Shown in pieces: positions 17,977-27,383 of a DNA stretch of 64,000 nt (its first letter is position 1; each line of letters starts with the position of its first letter). The stretch covers positions 1,861-65,860 of IMG/VR virus record IMGVR_UViG_3300033485_000008; one strand, 5' to 3'. Source of the DNA: a virus (lineage: Duplodnaviria > Caudoviricetes). The notes beneath the pieces are model-generated. The model was not told the DNA's origin. It made no database searches and saw nothing but the letters and a program-made list of their open reading frames with translations. The position numbers and the translations under genes were made by a program.

Positions 17977-18723
17977 ATGACAAGGACGAGATGGATTCTG
18001 GTGGGCCTACTGCTGGCAGCGACGGCATGTCTGGATAGGAGCTGCGCCTGGGCAGCGCCTCCCTCGGAACCGACTCACGTCATTGCCGCCGCAGACTCGT
18101 GCGTCTGGTTCTCTCAGGACCAATGCGTCTGTCCCGTCCGGATCTACTGGGATCCCCCTGCCGATGACGGCGGGTACCCCATCGTCAGGTACTCCCTCTA
18201 CGAGGACGGCTCGCTGTCGGAGCTCGATGCCGGGTCGTGGAGCAACATCCAGTTGGAGCATGAGAGTACCATCCGGAGCTGGTCCGTCACGGCGACCAAC
18301 CAGAACGAGGAAGAGGGTGCCATGAGTAGCCAGGTCACGGTCGAGACTCCGGCTTGCAGTGGGGACCTTAGGCCGACTACTCCGGGGGAGTTCTCCGCTA
18401 CTGCGCTGGACTGCGACTCGGTAGGTCTGGCCTGGTTGCCATCGACCTGCCTCAAGCTGAAGCCACTCATCAGGACGTCTGCCGGCTGGAGGATCCAAAG
18501 GAACGGCCTGGGGGCGTACCGGGTCTTCAGGACGACCCCGGAAGGCCCGAACCTGGGGTCTCGGCTGTCGTTCATCGCCTGGCTCGGCAGCGGGGCGATG
18601 ACTTTCCTCGATACTCCGGTACCTCCTGGGCTCTATCGGTACGGCATCGAAGCGTTCTGCAATTCCGGTACTCTTTCCCCCCTGGCGGTATCGGAACAGG
18701 TCGAGGTACCGTCTTGCCCGTGA
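17977..18723 (+). CDS. Secreted protein with two fibronectin type III-like domains
   Basis: Signal peptide; IYWDPPADDGGYPIVRYSL..WSVTATNQ..EG and a second LAW..AYRVFR..YRYGIEAF..SPL repeat. Confidence 0.8.
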   Translation: MTRTRWILVGLLLAATACLDRSCAWAAPPSEPTHVIAAADSCVWFSQDQCVCPVRIYWDPPADDGGYPIVRYSLYEDGSLSELDAGSWSNIQLEHESTIRSWSVTATNQNEEEGAMSSQVTVETPACSGDLRPTTPGEFSATALDCDSVGLAWLPSTCLKLKPLIRTSAGWRIQRNGLGAYRVFRTTPEGPNLGSRLSFIAWLGSGAMTFLDTPVPPGLYRYGIEAFCNSGTLSPLAVSEQVEVPSCP

Positions 18724-18765
18724 TGCCGAAACTCCTGGGGCTCGTTCCGGCCCGGGAAAAAAATG

Positions 18766-18807
18766 CTTGCAGTAAGTTTGACATCTGGCTGAGGTTCGTG
18801 GTACAAG
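18766..18807 (+). promoter_or_regulatory. Sigma70-type promoter sharing the operator of the SSB promoter
   Basis: CTTGCAGTAAGT-TTGACA (18778-18783)-N18-TACAAG with TGn extension; A-tract upstream. Confidence 0.7.
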
Positions 18808-18813
18808 CTCCGC

Positions 18814-19338
18814 ATGATTTACCATATCGGGATCGACGTCGGACTGCATGGGGCACTGGCGATTATCGACGATCAGGGAAGGCTGTTGGAAGAGCCGGTG
18901 TCGGACATGCCGGTCTACACGTATGCTGCCGGCAAGCGGTCGGCGCGAACCTACGATGCGGCTCGCATCTTTCGGATTCTCAGCGAGTGGCAACTCTGGT
19001 TGAAGGCGAGGCACAAGGAAGTTTTCGCGGGCCTAGCGGTGTTCGAGCGTCTGCACGCGATGCCAAAGGGGTCCGTCGCCGGGTTCTCTATGGGCCTGGG
19101 ATCTGGCCTGGTGGAGATGGCATTGGTCGCTCATCAGATCCCGTACCGGAAGGTGCCGCCACCGACCTGGAAGAAGCATTTCGGGTTGCTTCGTTGCGGG
19201 AAGGGGAAAAGCAGGGAGATAGCTCAGCAAGCTTTCCCGGGAGTGGACCTGGGGAAGAGGTCGGACGAGGGTCGAGCGGAGGCCCTACTTCTGGCCTTGT
19301 ACGCCAAGCTCGTGAACGATGGTAAGTGCCAACTTTGA
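18814..19338 (+). CDS. RuvC-like Holliday junction resolvase
   Basis: HIGIDVG, VFERL, VPPPTWKK, DEGRAEALLLA catalytic pattern. Confidence 0.85.
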   Translation: MIYHIGIDVGLHGALAIIDDQGRLLEEPVSDMPVYTYAAGKRSARTYDAARIFRILSEWQLWLKARHKEVFAGLAVFERLHAMPKGSVAGFSMGLGSGLVEMALVAHQIPYRKVPPPTWKKHFGLLRCGKGKSREIAQQAFPGVDLGKRSDEGRAEALLLALYAKLVNDGKCQL

Positions 19339-20213
19339 AGGGAGGAACGCTCGTGGAGACTTACGGATTTACCCGGTCGGTCAGTCAGCGCCGCCTTTAC
19401 CGGGAGTGCGGCGTGAAGTGGTATCACCGCTATGTGGGCGGCTGGACCTTGAAGACGAAGAAGGCCCAGTACCAGTTCGGAAACATCATCGAGCAGGTCT
19501 GCGGGGAGGTGATCATGAAGGCAATCACTTCCCCCACTGCGGCATCGACCCGGTTCTCGGAGCTTTGGGATCCGTACCGGATGGATGCCACGTTGACGTA
19601 TCGCCAGAACCTGACGTGGAAGACGCTGAACGACCGGGGGAAGATCCTCGCGCAGCACATCTGCGTTCAGTTGCCGAACGTCATACGGGTGGATGACTGG
19701 TATCAGCTTCAGCAGCAGCTCCGGTATCGGATCGGAGAGGCTGACGAGCTGTGCTATCTGGACTTCTGCGGTTTCGGGAGGCAGGACGCGAGCGAGCCCT
19801 GGAAGTTCGGCATCCTCGATTTCAAGACGGCTGACAGGACGGAGCAGCAGACGCTCGTCGAGAAGGACGAGCAGTTGACCACGTACCAACTGGCGGTCGA
19901 GACCAACTTCAACCGCAAGGTGGAGTGGCTGGCCCTCTTCCGTTGCATCTGGACGACGGAGCCGAAGATCCAGGTCTTGTGGACCCCGGCACGGACCCCG
20001 GAGGAGATCGAGAAGTTCAAGGCAGCGGCCATCGATGTGGACCGTCAGATCAAGGCCGGGGTCTTTCACGAGAACCAGTCAGCTTGTCACGCCTGGGGTG
20101 GCTGTCAGTACCAGCCGCTTTGTTTCCCATCGCAGAAGCACCGTTTGGATACGGAACTGATTCAAGACCCCCGTAAGATCGGGGGGGAACTCGACACTGA
20201 CATCGAGATCTAG
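19326..20213 (+). CDS. PD-(D/E)XK exonuclease (RecB/Cas4-like superfamily)
   Basis: SVSQRRLYRECGVKW..G..ILDFKT..QLTTYQLA..CHAWGGCQYQPLC. Confidence 0.85.
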   Translation: MPTLKGGTLVETYGFTRSVSQRRLYRECGVKWYHRYVGGWTLKTKKAQYQFGNIIEQVCGEVIMKAITSPTAASTRFSELWDPYRMDATLTYRQNLTWKTLNDRGKILAQHICVQLPNVIRVDDWYQLQQQLRYRIGEADELCYLDFCGFGRQDASEPWKFGILDFKTADRTEQQTLVEKDEQLTTYQLAVETNFNRKVEWLALFRCIWTTEPKIQVLWTPARTPEEIEKFKAAAIDVDRQIKAGVFHENQSACHAWGGCQYQPLCFPSQKHRLDTELIQDPRKIGGELDTDIEI

Positions 20214-20226
20214 GAAGGGAGGAGCA

Positions 20227-21543
20227 ATGCCGTCGAAGAGTCACAAGAAGAAGGTGCCGCCAGTCCAACCTGTCGTCGAGAAGGCCGCCAAGCCTGCCGA
20301 GCCCATACTGCCAGACAGTGGCGGTATGCTGCCGGGAGATGCCTGGTGGCGCGAAGCCGAGAAGATCCTGTCCCTGTTCTACGACGCTGGATACCTGAAA
20401 GAGGAGAAGCTACCGCCGAAGCTCGCGATGATCTTCTTGTTGAAGGCTCGCGAAGTGGACATCAAGCCGATGGTCGCTCTCAAGTCATTCAGCGTTCTGG
20501 AGAACGGGGAGATCGGATTTCAGTCGGCGGAATTGATGCGGGCGCTCATCCAGCGGGCTGGTGGGTCTATCATCCCCGTGGAGATGACCAACGAGAAGTG
20601 TGTCGTACACGCCATCCGGGGGGCGCTCAAGCAGCCGTTTCAGTTCACGGCGCAGGATGCTGCTGCGCTGGGACTCCTCCAGGTCTGGGACAAGAAGAAG
20701 ATGTCGAGGTCGGACATGCTCTTCGCCCGTGCCTCCAGTCGTGCAGCCCGGGCGATGTTCGCAGACATCATCTCCGGCCTGTCGTACACCGAGGAGGAGA
20801 TGGCAACTGCCTATCAGATTCAAGCTGGCGCAGGCGAGCCTGTAGGTTCGTCTCCTACCGTTACGACCACATCGGACTCGCCTGCGCCTCCCGTGGCTGG
20901 GCCTCCGGAGCCACGGACGGAGCAGCCGAAGCCGCAGTCTCATGAGTTTGCCAAGGGGACGAACGAGAAGACCGGCGAGGAGAGGTCTCTCACCCGTTCG
21001 ATAACGGTGAGGACGGCCCAGGGGCCGCAGCCGTTCTGGTCTGCTGGTATCAGTGGGGATCAGATCGACGCGATCAGGATGTTCGCTTCTCAGCGGAAGG
21101 AGCACCAGCAGGCGGTCCAAGCGTGGATGACCGAAGTGGGGTGGACCAAGTTGACTCACCTGACGGAAGCCGAAGCGTCGGAGTGTATCGCGTTCATGCA
21201 GAGCCCGTTTGGTGAGCAGACGCCCCTGGCGGAAGCTTCGGACGAGAAGAGGCTGGTCCGTGAGGTTCACCAGCCCACGACGGTAGAAGCAGCGATAGCC
21301 GAGTTCGAGCGCGTGGTGAGTGCCATCGAGCTGGGCGACTTTTCGTGGCAGGGAAAGATGGTACCCGCACTGCACGTCGCGGCTGGCCTCATGCACCATG
21401 AGGACATAAACACGCTCACTCCCGCCGAGATCATTACTGCCGCAGATACGCTCCGGCACGTTGCCAGGACGCGCCCTGAGGTAATCAAGCACACGATGGA
21501 ACGGGCGATACAGATACTGTCTAAGGAAGGTCCGTTTACTTGA
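20227..21543 (+). CDS. RecT/Red-beta-like single-strand annealing protein with C-terminal extension
   Basis: AREVDIKPMVALKSF..SAELMRALI..FTAQDAAALGL..MLFARASSRAAR..ISGLSYTEEE; adjacent to the exonuclease. Confidence 0.65.
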   Translation: MPSKSHKKKVPPVQPVVEKAAKPAEPILPDSGGMLPGDAWWREAEKILSLFYDAGYLKEEKLPPKLAMIFLLKAREVDIKPMVALKSFSVLENGEIGFQSAELMRALIQRAGGSIIPVEMTNEKCVVHAIRGALKQPFQFTAQDAAALGLLQVWDKKKMSRSDMLFARASSRAARAMFADIISGLSYTEEEMATAYQIQAGAGEPVGSSPTVTTTSDSPAPPVAGPPEPRTEQPKPQSHEFAKGTNEKTGEERSLTRSITVRTAQGPQPFWSAGISGDQIDAIRMFASQRKEHQQAVQAWMTEVGWTKLTHLTEAEASECIAFMQSPFGEQTPLAEASDEKRLVREVHQPTTVEAAIAEFERVVSAIELGDFSWQGKMVPALHVAAGLMHHEDINTLTPAEIITAADTLRHVARTRPEVIKHTMERAIQILSKEGPFT

Positions 21544-23471
21544 TGCTGGATCAGTATCAGCAAGAGGCTGCTACGTGCCAGGCGCAACGTGTTCGTGTGC
21601 TCGCGGGTGCTGGCAGTGGCAAGACTCTTACCCTCATCGAGAGGATCAACAATCTTGTGAAGGACGGCGGTGTTCCGGCTGAGAAGATCCTGGCGGTCAC
21701 CTTCAGCCGGAAAGCTGCCGAGGACATGCGGCAGCGGGTACGGGTGCCGGGGGTCGCCGTGATGACCCTCCATGCGCTCGGGCTCAGGATCCTCAAGAGC
21801 CGGATGCCGACGTGGGAAGTGGCCGATGCTGCCGAGAAGAGGAGGCTCATCAAGAGGGTTCTTCGAGAGGTGGACACGAAGGTCAAGTTTGGGCAGATTC
21901 CCAAGCTGATTTCTCATGCCAAGCGGGTGTCGTGCCCCCTGGAACATGCGGAACTCTTCCAGACGTATGAGTTCCTTCGGCAGGAGAGCCAACTGTGGGA
22001 CTTCGACGACTTGCTCGTCGTGTCGGAGGCATGGTTGAGGACGACGCCTGAGGTCCGGACGTCATGGCAGCGGTGGTCGTACATCGCGGTGGACGAGACA
22101 CAGGACACCGACCCTCTTCAGTGGGCGATGCTCTCGCATCTTGTGACGCCTGACACCAGCCTGTTCGTCGTGGGCGACTACTCCCAGTCGATCTATCGGT
22201 TCCGGGGTGCCGTGCCCGACGAGATGTTGAAGGGGATAGATTCTCGGTTCGGGTGCTTCCAGCAACTGGAGCTGCCTTGCAACTATCGGTCGGTACCTGC
22301 GGTTGTGAACCTGGCAAACGACGTCGTGGTCGGCAAGCCGGGGGCGCTGTCGTTGAAGGCTGTACGTCAGCAGCCAGGGCGGATCTGGTGGCAGCATTTC
22401 AACCATTCCTCCGATGAGGCCGATTGGGTGCTTGAGGAGCTTTGGGACCATCATCATGCCGGGGGCGAGTGGAACGAGTGTGCCATCTTGTACCGGACGA
22501 ACGCGCAGAGTGAGCGGTTCGAGAACCGGCTGTTGAAGGCCGGGATACCTTACGACGTTGCTGGGGACTTCTCTTTCTACGCTCGGGCCGAGATCAAGGA
22601 CATCGTGGCGTACTTGAGGCTTGCGATGGGTTGGGACCGGGAGTCTGCTGACAGGGTTTACAACCGTCCCAGCCGGTATCTTGGTGTGGCGTTCATGAAG
22701 GAGCTGGAGCGGCAGGGTGGCTGGACGGCAGCGGCCCGGCACAGCCCGTTTCACTTTTCGAGAGCGTACATGGCTGATCGGCTGTCCGAGTTCGTTCATT
22801 CCGTCGAGACCTTGCAGGGCAGGGTCAGCAGGCAAAGGCCGGAGGAGCTGGTCCGGTACATCTACGACGACATCGGGTATCGGCGCTGGCTGGTCGGGGA
22901 GGAGCCTGATTCCGAGGACGAGGTGAAGGACGAGAACCTGGAGATGTTTCTGGAGAGTGTGAAGGAGCAATCGAGTCTCCAGATGGTGCTCGACCTGGCG
23001 AAGCGGGCTCAGGACCGTCGTCGGAGCCAGTTGCAGGCCGTGCAGCTCCTGACGATTCATCGGGCGAAGGGACTTGAGTGGAAGAAGGTCTGGTTGGTTG
23101 GCTGCAACGAAGGGATCATGCCGCATCGGTACGGAGATCCGGAGGAGGAGGTAAGGATTTTCTACGTGGGCCTGACGAGGGCCAAGGACAAGCTGACGAT
23201 CACGTCTTACGAGGTGCCGTCTGTGTTCAGCAAACATGCAATGCGGGGGGGCTGGTATGGAGAGGCTGAGCCGAGCGTTGCCAATGGGCATGAGAATAAC
23301 GTCAGTGCATCAGCAAAGCGGAATGGAGGAGCCGGTAGCTACCGTAACGATGACGTTGCCAATGGGAGTGTTGGACATCTTCTCGGACGCGCTGGAGTAC
23401 GCGGCCCGGATAACGGGAAACGAAAAGCTTCCCGTCAGGATCCGGGCGATCAGCGAAGAATGCTTGGGTGA
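21540..23471 (+). CDS. uvrD: UvrD/PcrA/Rep-like SF1 helicase
   Basis: AGAGSGKT, VDETQD, VGDYSQSIYRFRGA, NYRS, LYRTN, TIHRAKGLEW, EEVRIFYVGLTRAK. Homology ends near 23230. Confidence 0.95.
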   Translation: MMLDQYQQEAATCQAQRVRVLAGAGSGKTLTLIERINNLVKDGGVPAEKILAVTFSRKAAEDMRQRVRVPGVAVMTLHALGLRILKSRMPTWEVADAAEKRRLIKRVLREVDTKVKFGQIPKLISHAKRVSCPLEHAELFQTYEFLRQESQLWDFDDLLVVSEAWLRTTPEVRTSWQRWSYIAVDETQDTDPLQWAMLSHLVTPDTSLFVVGDYSQSIYRFRGAVPDEMLKGIDSRFGCFQQLELPCNYRSVPAVVNLANDVVVGKPGALSLKAVRQQPGRIWWQHFNHSSDEADWVLEELWDHHHAGGEWNECAILYRTNAQSERFENRLLKAGIPYDVAGDFSFYARAEIKDIVAYLRLAMGWDRESADRVYNRPSRYLGVAFMKELERQGGWTAAARHSPFHFSRAYMADRLSEFVHSVETLQGRVSRQRPEELVRYIYDDIGYRRWLVGEEPDSEDEVKDENLEMFLESVKEQSSLQMVLDLAKRAQDRRRSQLQAVQLLTIHRAKGLEWKKVWLVGCNEGIMPHRYGDPEEEVRIFYVGLTRAKDKLTITSYEVPSVFSKHAMRGGWYGEAEPSVANGHENNVSASAKRNGGAGSYRNDDVANGSVGHLLGRAGVRGPDNGKRKASRQDPGDQRRMLG

Positions 23472-23547
23472 GTGGCAGCGCCAGCACGAGGAGCGGGTCA
23501 GGGCGATGGTTGCAGGCGTTTCGGCTTGGGGATTGGAGATCAGGTGA
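23257..23547 (+). CDS. Hypothetical protein (96 aa) overlapping the helicase tail
   Basis: Natural composition MERLSRALPMG..VLDIFSDALEYAAR, in a different frame from the helicase. Confidence 0.6.
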   Translation: MERLSRALPMGMRITSVHQQSGMEEPVATVTMTLPMGVLDIFSDALEYAARITGNEKLPVRIRAISEECLGEWQRQHEERVRAMVAGVSAWGLEIR

Positions 23548-23558
23548 AAGGAGACATC

Positions 23559-23783
23559 ATGGTGAAGGGTAAGGTGATCGAAGCGGTGACGTTCGTGGGG
23601 GAGATGGTTGACCGTCATTCCAAGACGACCGTGAACGCGCAGACTGGCGCTCGCAGCCAGGCAATCGAGATCAAGGTCAAAACTCCGGAGAGTCCGGAAT
23701 TGGCCGCCAACCTGTCGAGGCTGGCGAAGGAGGCGGAGCTGAAGGTCACCATCGAGGTGGTTCAGTCGAGCCTGGAACTCTAG
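23559..23783 (+). CDS. Hypothetical protein (74 aa)
   Basis: AAAGGAG SD. Confidence 0.65.
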   Translation: MVKGKVIEAVTFVGEMVDRHSKTTVNAQTGARSQAIEIKVKTPESPELAANLSRLAKEAELKVTIEVVQSSLEL

Positions 23784-23788
23784 GAGGG

Positions 23789-24088
23789 GTGATGAACATT
23801 CTCGTGACGCAACTGATTCAGATGCTCGTTGGCACTCTTGGTCGCATGTTGATCCAGGCGATCCAGAAGCTTGCGAGTCGTGAGGTTCTGGACCCGGTTA
23901 CCGCGATTGCTGTCAAGCATGTCCAGGCGCTCATGAGCAGTGCTCTGGAGGGTCCCGAGCGCAAGGCGATGGCGTTCAAGGGCATCAAGGAGGACTGCGA
24001 GATGCTGGGCCTGAAGGTCAAGGATTGGCTGATCGACACGGCGATCCAGGCTGCGGTGGGCGACTACAAGGCGAAGCTTCTGGAGTAG
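23789..24088 (+). CDS. LL-H-family holin-like protein
   Basis: AVKHVQALMSSALEGPERKAMA..IK..LGL...LIDTAIQAAV resembles the LL-H holin pattern. Confidence 0.5.
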   Translation: MMNILVTQLIQMLVGTLGRMLIQAIQKLASREVLDPVTAIAVKHVQALMSSALEGPERKAMAFKGIKEDCEMLGLKVKDWLIDTAIQAAVGDYKAKLLE

Positions 24089-24099
24089 GGGATACCGTC

Positions 24100-24627
24100 G
24101 TGGCACGTTCCAGGGCGCACCGGCCTTACGTTTCGTCCCGGGAGGAGCATGAGGCTGCGGTTCGCAAGCTACGGGAACTCTTCCCGCTCACTGACGAGGA
24201 GCCTACGTGCGTCAACCTGAAGGAGGCGTTCCCCCGCTACCGGATCTTCTGGGAAGCTGACGGAGTGACCAAGCGGGACTGGCGTCGGGACGAGTGGCCG
24301 TGGCTCATGGAAATCAGGTGCAAATGGGGCCTCGTTCACCCGCATGGTGAGGACATCCTGACGGCGGTGGTGCCTCACAGTAAGATCGCTGGCCGGATGC
24401 TCCGGTCGGGTATTAAGTTCCTCCGTGTGATGGGGGCTCCGGTCTACCCGACTGATACCTGGGGGGACGAGCCGAGGTTTTGGTTTCGCATGGACCAAGC
24501 GGAAGCGGTGTTCGCCTTCTTGAAGCCGAAGTTGAAGAGGCCCGGAAACGCCGGATCGAGGAACCTGGCGGAGTGGCGGTTGAAGAAGGCTCAGGCCAAG
24601 TCGGAAGGGGGCATTTCCCATGCCTGA
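24100..24627 (+). CDS. Hypothetical protein (175 aa)
   Basis: GTG start; Trp-rich globular sequence. Confidence 0.65.
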   Translation: MARSRAHRPYVSSREEHEAAVRKLRELFPLTDEEPTCVNLKEAFPRYRIFWEADGVTKRDWRRDEWPWLMEIRCKWGLVHPHGEDILTAVVPHSKIAGRMLRSGIKFLRVMGAPVYPTDTWGDEPRFWFRMDQAEAVFAFLKPKLKRPGNAGSRNLAEWRLKKAQAKSEGGISHA

Positions 24628-24746
24628 GAGCCAGTACATAAGCCTCCTGCCGACTTCACGGGAGCGACCCTACCCTGGGGGTGGACCTGACCTGTTGCGG
24701 CTGTTGTGGACCTAAGAAGTAAGCCTGAGCTTACGTGAGGAGGCAG

Positions 24747-25040
24747 ATGGTACGCATCCCGGGTCCGGTACTTGTGGATCATCCCAAGGTCGGGCTCTTA
24801 TGGGTGCTGTCGAGGTGGTCGCAGATGGCAGCTGCTGTTCAAGAATGTGCAGCACCGGCTGCTCTTGCGGGGGAGGTTGAAGCCTGGTGGGGGAAGCGAG
24901 CTTTCCCTCTGGAGGCTGTTGTCATGGTGAAGAAGGTGTTCCCCGGGGCCGAGGTCGTGGGTCACCGCCTGCTGCGGGAGAAGGCGAAGGTGAACGTCGG
25001 CCTGACGACCTGGGCGCGAGACAGCTCCGAGGACGAATGA
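24747..25040 (+). CDS. Hypothetical protein (97 aa)
   Basis: GAGGAGG SD. Confidence 0.65.
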   Translation: MVRIPGPVLVDHPKVGLLWVLSRWSQMAAAVQECAAPAALAGEVEAWWGKRAFPLEAVVMVKKVFPGAEVVGHRLLREKAKVNVGLTTWARDSSEDE

Positions 25041-25339
25041 CCTGGGAAGTCTGGGGAAGGTGGCAGGGGTTCATGCCGAAGCGGAAAGGGGCATTGCCTC
25101 CGGACGAGTATGTCAAGATACTGGAAGCGGTCTATGAGCGGGACGGCTGGAAGTGCCGGGAGTGCGGCAGTCGCAAGCACCTCGTCGCTCACCACGTCAT
25201 GAGGAGAAGCAAGGGGGGACCTGACTCCCTGAGTAACCTGGAGACCTTGTGTTCGACATGCCACGAAAAAAGACACCAGGGAAGGTTGAGAAAGACGGCA
25301 GCGACGTTCTCATCGTGGATCGGAAGACGAACGCCGTAG
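25037..25339 (+). CDS. HNH endonuclease
   Basis: RDGWKCRECG..AHHV..GGPDSLSNLETLCSTCHEKRH. Confidence 0.9.
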   Translation: MTWEVWGRWQGFMPKRKGALPPDEYVKILEAVYERDGWKCRECGSRKHLVAHHVMRRSKGGPDSLSNLETLCSTCHEKRHQGRLRKTAATFSSWIGRRTP

Positions 25340-25632
25340 TGCGTCATTCCGGCGACCTCGTACCCGAGATCCGAGAGTGGTGGAACAAGCAATCCCTGCC
25401 GGAGATCATCGCGGAAGTCGGCACGGTCGAGGCCATGAAGGCGCTGTCCCTGGGATGCACGGTTCACCTCCTTCGCCGGCTGACCAATCCTCACACTCCG
25501 CTCGACGTTAAGGACCGGATCGCTCTCACGATGGGTCCTCGATTCACTGCGGAGATTAAAGGCCGGGTCAGCGACTCCGGCCCCCGAGGAGCATCCATCA
25601 CCGACCTGCTGAGCGGTTACCGCATAGACTGA
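25258..25632 (+). CDS. Hypothetical helical protein, possible terminase small subunit
   Basis: Basic N-terminus, helical core, adjacent to the HNH gene. Assignment is weak. Confidence 0.4.
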   Translation: MPRKKTPGKVEKDGSDVLIVDRKTNAVVRHSGDLVPEIREWWNKQSLPEIIAEVGTVEAMKALSLGCTVHLLRRLTNPHTPLDVKDRIALTMGPRFTAEIKGRVSDSGPRGASITDLLSGYRID

Positions 25633-25967
25633 TGTCCAAGCCACTGGCCCTCGATCAGATTCCCCCGAACATTCAGGCTGGGTCATTCGAGCCCGTGAGC
25701 TTGAACTCCCCCACGAGTATCATTCACCTGGCTGTCGGAGCTCCAGGCTCGCGCCGTATCGTCTGCGGCGTGAAGATCGTGGATTTACGCGACCCCCCGG
25801 CCATCTATCCACGACCTGACTTCGAGAAACCAGGCCGTCATATCTGCACCGCATGTGTCACCCGCTACCAGGAAAGACTCGCGGAACTGCGTTTGCTCAA
25901 GAAGGGCAGCGGTAGCACGGTGCTGGCCGATGGGAAGAAAGCTCAGCCTCAGAAGGCGACTGGCTAG
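25632..25967 (+). CDS. Hypothetical protein with Cys/His Zn-type motif
   Basis: TGATG overlap; HL..VCG..HICTAC. Confidence 0.6.
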   Translation: MSKPLALDQIPPNIQAGSFEPVSLNSPTSIIHLAVGAPGSRRIVCGVKIVDLRDPPAIYPRPDFEKPGRHICTACVTRYQERLAELRLLKKGSGSTVLADGKKAQPQKATG

Positions 25968-26778
25968 AAGGCCGCCCCCGTCACTTCCTTCGGCGTACCT
26001 CTTCATACACCGGCGTACCCGGACCTCCCGTAAGGCGGCCCAGGATGGCCTTCCCTGGGGTCGTCCCTCATGGACCATTCCCATAGCCGACCTGTATGTG
26101 CTCTGGGATGCACCTATCGCACTCAGGACGTTGGCTCACACCTGTCGGTGGACGTCACTTCTTCACCCTCCCATACCGCCGTCCTTCACAGGTTCGCTGC
26201 CATTCACGAAGCAAGGATACAAAAAGGTCCCTGGCATCTGGGAACATGCACGGAGTCTTGGCGTCTGGGTCGAGAGGGGGCGGGAGACGTTCTGCAAGTG
26301 CCCATCTTGCCATCGGCCAGCTTCCAGCATCGTCTATCTTGGGGAGTGGGTCTGCTCGGCGTGCTCTGACCAATTCCCTGTGGGCATAGATCGGGTACTC
26401 GCACGCTATGAGTTTGCCCTCATGATCGGAGCAGCCGGCGAAGAAACGATCAGGCAACGCCGGAAGATCATCAAGTGGGCCGAGGAGAAGATGTCGAGTC
26501 GCAAGGCCCTCGACGGCTCTACGATCCGGAACATTCAGATCGCGGCAGAACTCGTTGTGATACCGCCGCACTGGGCGAAGATCAGATCCCAGAGACTAGC
26601 TCAACGCAGACCCCGGTCCTTGCCTCCGGTGAGCAGGTATCGTGACCGGATCTGGACGGCTCTTGCGCCTCTTGTACCCGCCTCGCTCGTGGAGTGCTTG
26701 TTGAAGCCGGATGTGTACCTGGCGTTTCGCCAGAAATGCCTGCGGGAAACGGCACTTAGAAGCGCCCAGCAGCGTTGA
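25930..26778 (+). CDS. Zn-finger-containing hypothetical protein
   Basis: CKCPSC..WVCSAC; start uncertain (track 25855). Confidence 0.55.
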   Translation: MGRKLSLRRRLARRPPPSLPSAYLFIHRRTRTSRKAAQDGLPWGRPSWTIPIADLYVLWDAPIALRTLAHTCRWTSLLHPPIPPSFTGSLPFTKQGYKKVPGIWEHARSLGVWVERGRETFCKCPSCHRPASSIVYLGEWVCSACSDQFPVGIDRVLARYEFALMIGAAGEETIRQRRKIIKWAEEKMSSRKALDGSTIRNIQIAAELVVIPPHWAKIRSQRLAQRRPRSLPPVSRYRDRIWTALAPLVPASLVECLLKPDVYLAFRQKCLRETALRSAQQR

Positions 26779-26786
26779 TTTACGTA

Positions 26787-26795
26787 TGCTATAGT
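26787..26795 (+). promoter_or_regulatory. Extended -10 promoter
   Basis: TGcTATAGT, followed by CAGATTGGAGGA (SD) and ATG 26816. Confidence 0.6.
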
Positions 26796-26815
26796 CCCCG
26801 CAGATTGGAGGACAA

Positions 26816-27016
26816 ATGGACCCGGACGAGACACTGAGGCTGATCCAAGAAGAGCTGATGAGTGAGGAAGGCCCGGACCTTCACTGCTTCGATCTGTATT
26901 GCTGGTTGGAGCGTGGGGGGTTTGAGCCGACGTGGTATCGGTACCCCAGTGCCACCGGGTACTACAAGTGCTTTGCAGCGCAGCAGAAGAGAAGGGAGGT
27001 GAAAAAGCATGACTGA
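26816..27016 (+). CDS. Small early-type hypothetical protein
   Basis: GGAGG SD; MDPDETLRLI.. pattern common in phage early genes. Confidence 0.7.
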   Translation: MDPDETLRLIQEELMSEEGPDLHCFDLYCWLERGGFEPTWYRYPSATGYYKCFAAQQKRREVKKHD

Positions 27017-27383
27017 GATCGACTGGAACAAGGTGGTGAGGAAGCTGGGAGCCGAGAAGCCGGAGGAGGGGATAAGACGGGTGTACCTGGGCACGGTCTT
27101 CTCCCTATATCCCAGCGGCAAGTTCTACACGCCGTTTGCTCACAGCAACGTCGAGGTGTGCATCGCGTGTGCGATGTCCGGTGACGCTCCATGCGATGAC
27201 AAGCACCCCTGCGTGCCCGATGCCGATTGGGAAGGAGACCCCGGGGAGTACCACTGCGAGGTGTGTCAGGATGCCGAGTACCGGGAAGCTCTGGAGCGCG
27301 AGGCAACCGAACATGGCGGGTGGGTGGAGTCGGGGGAGGGAGACCCGTGTGACATATTTTTTGCACTGAAGGAGGAGCAATGA
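27009..27383 (+). CDS. Cys-rich hypothetical protein (124 aa)
   Basis: GGAGG SD; overlapping junctions. Confidence 0.7.
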   Translation: MTEIDWNKVVRKLGAEKPEEGIRRVYLGTVFSLYPSGKFYTPFAHSNVEVCIACAMSGDAPCDDKHPCVPDADWEGDPGEYHCEVCQDAEYREALEREATEHGGWVESGEGDPCDIFFALKEEQ

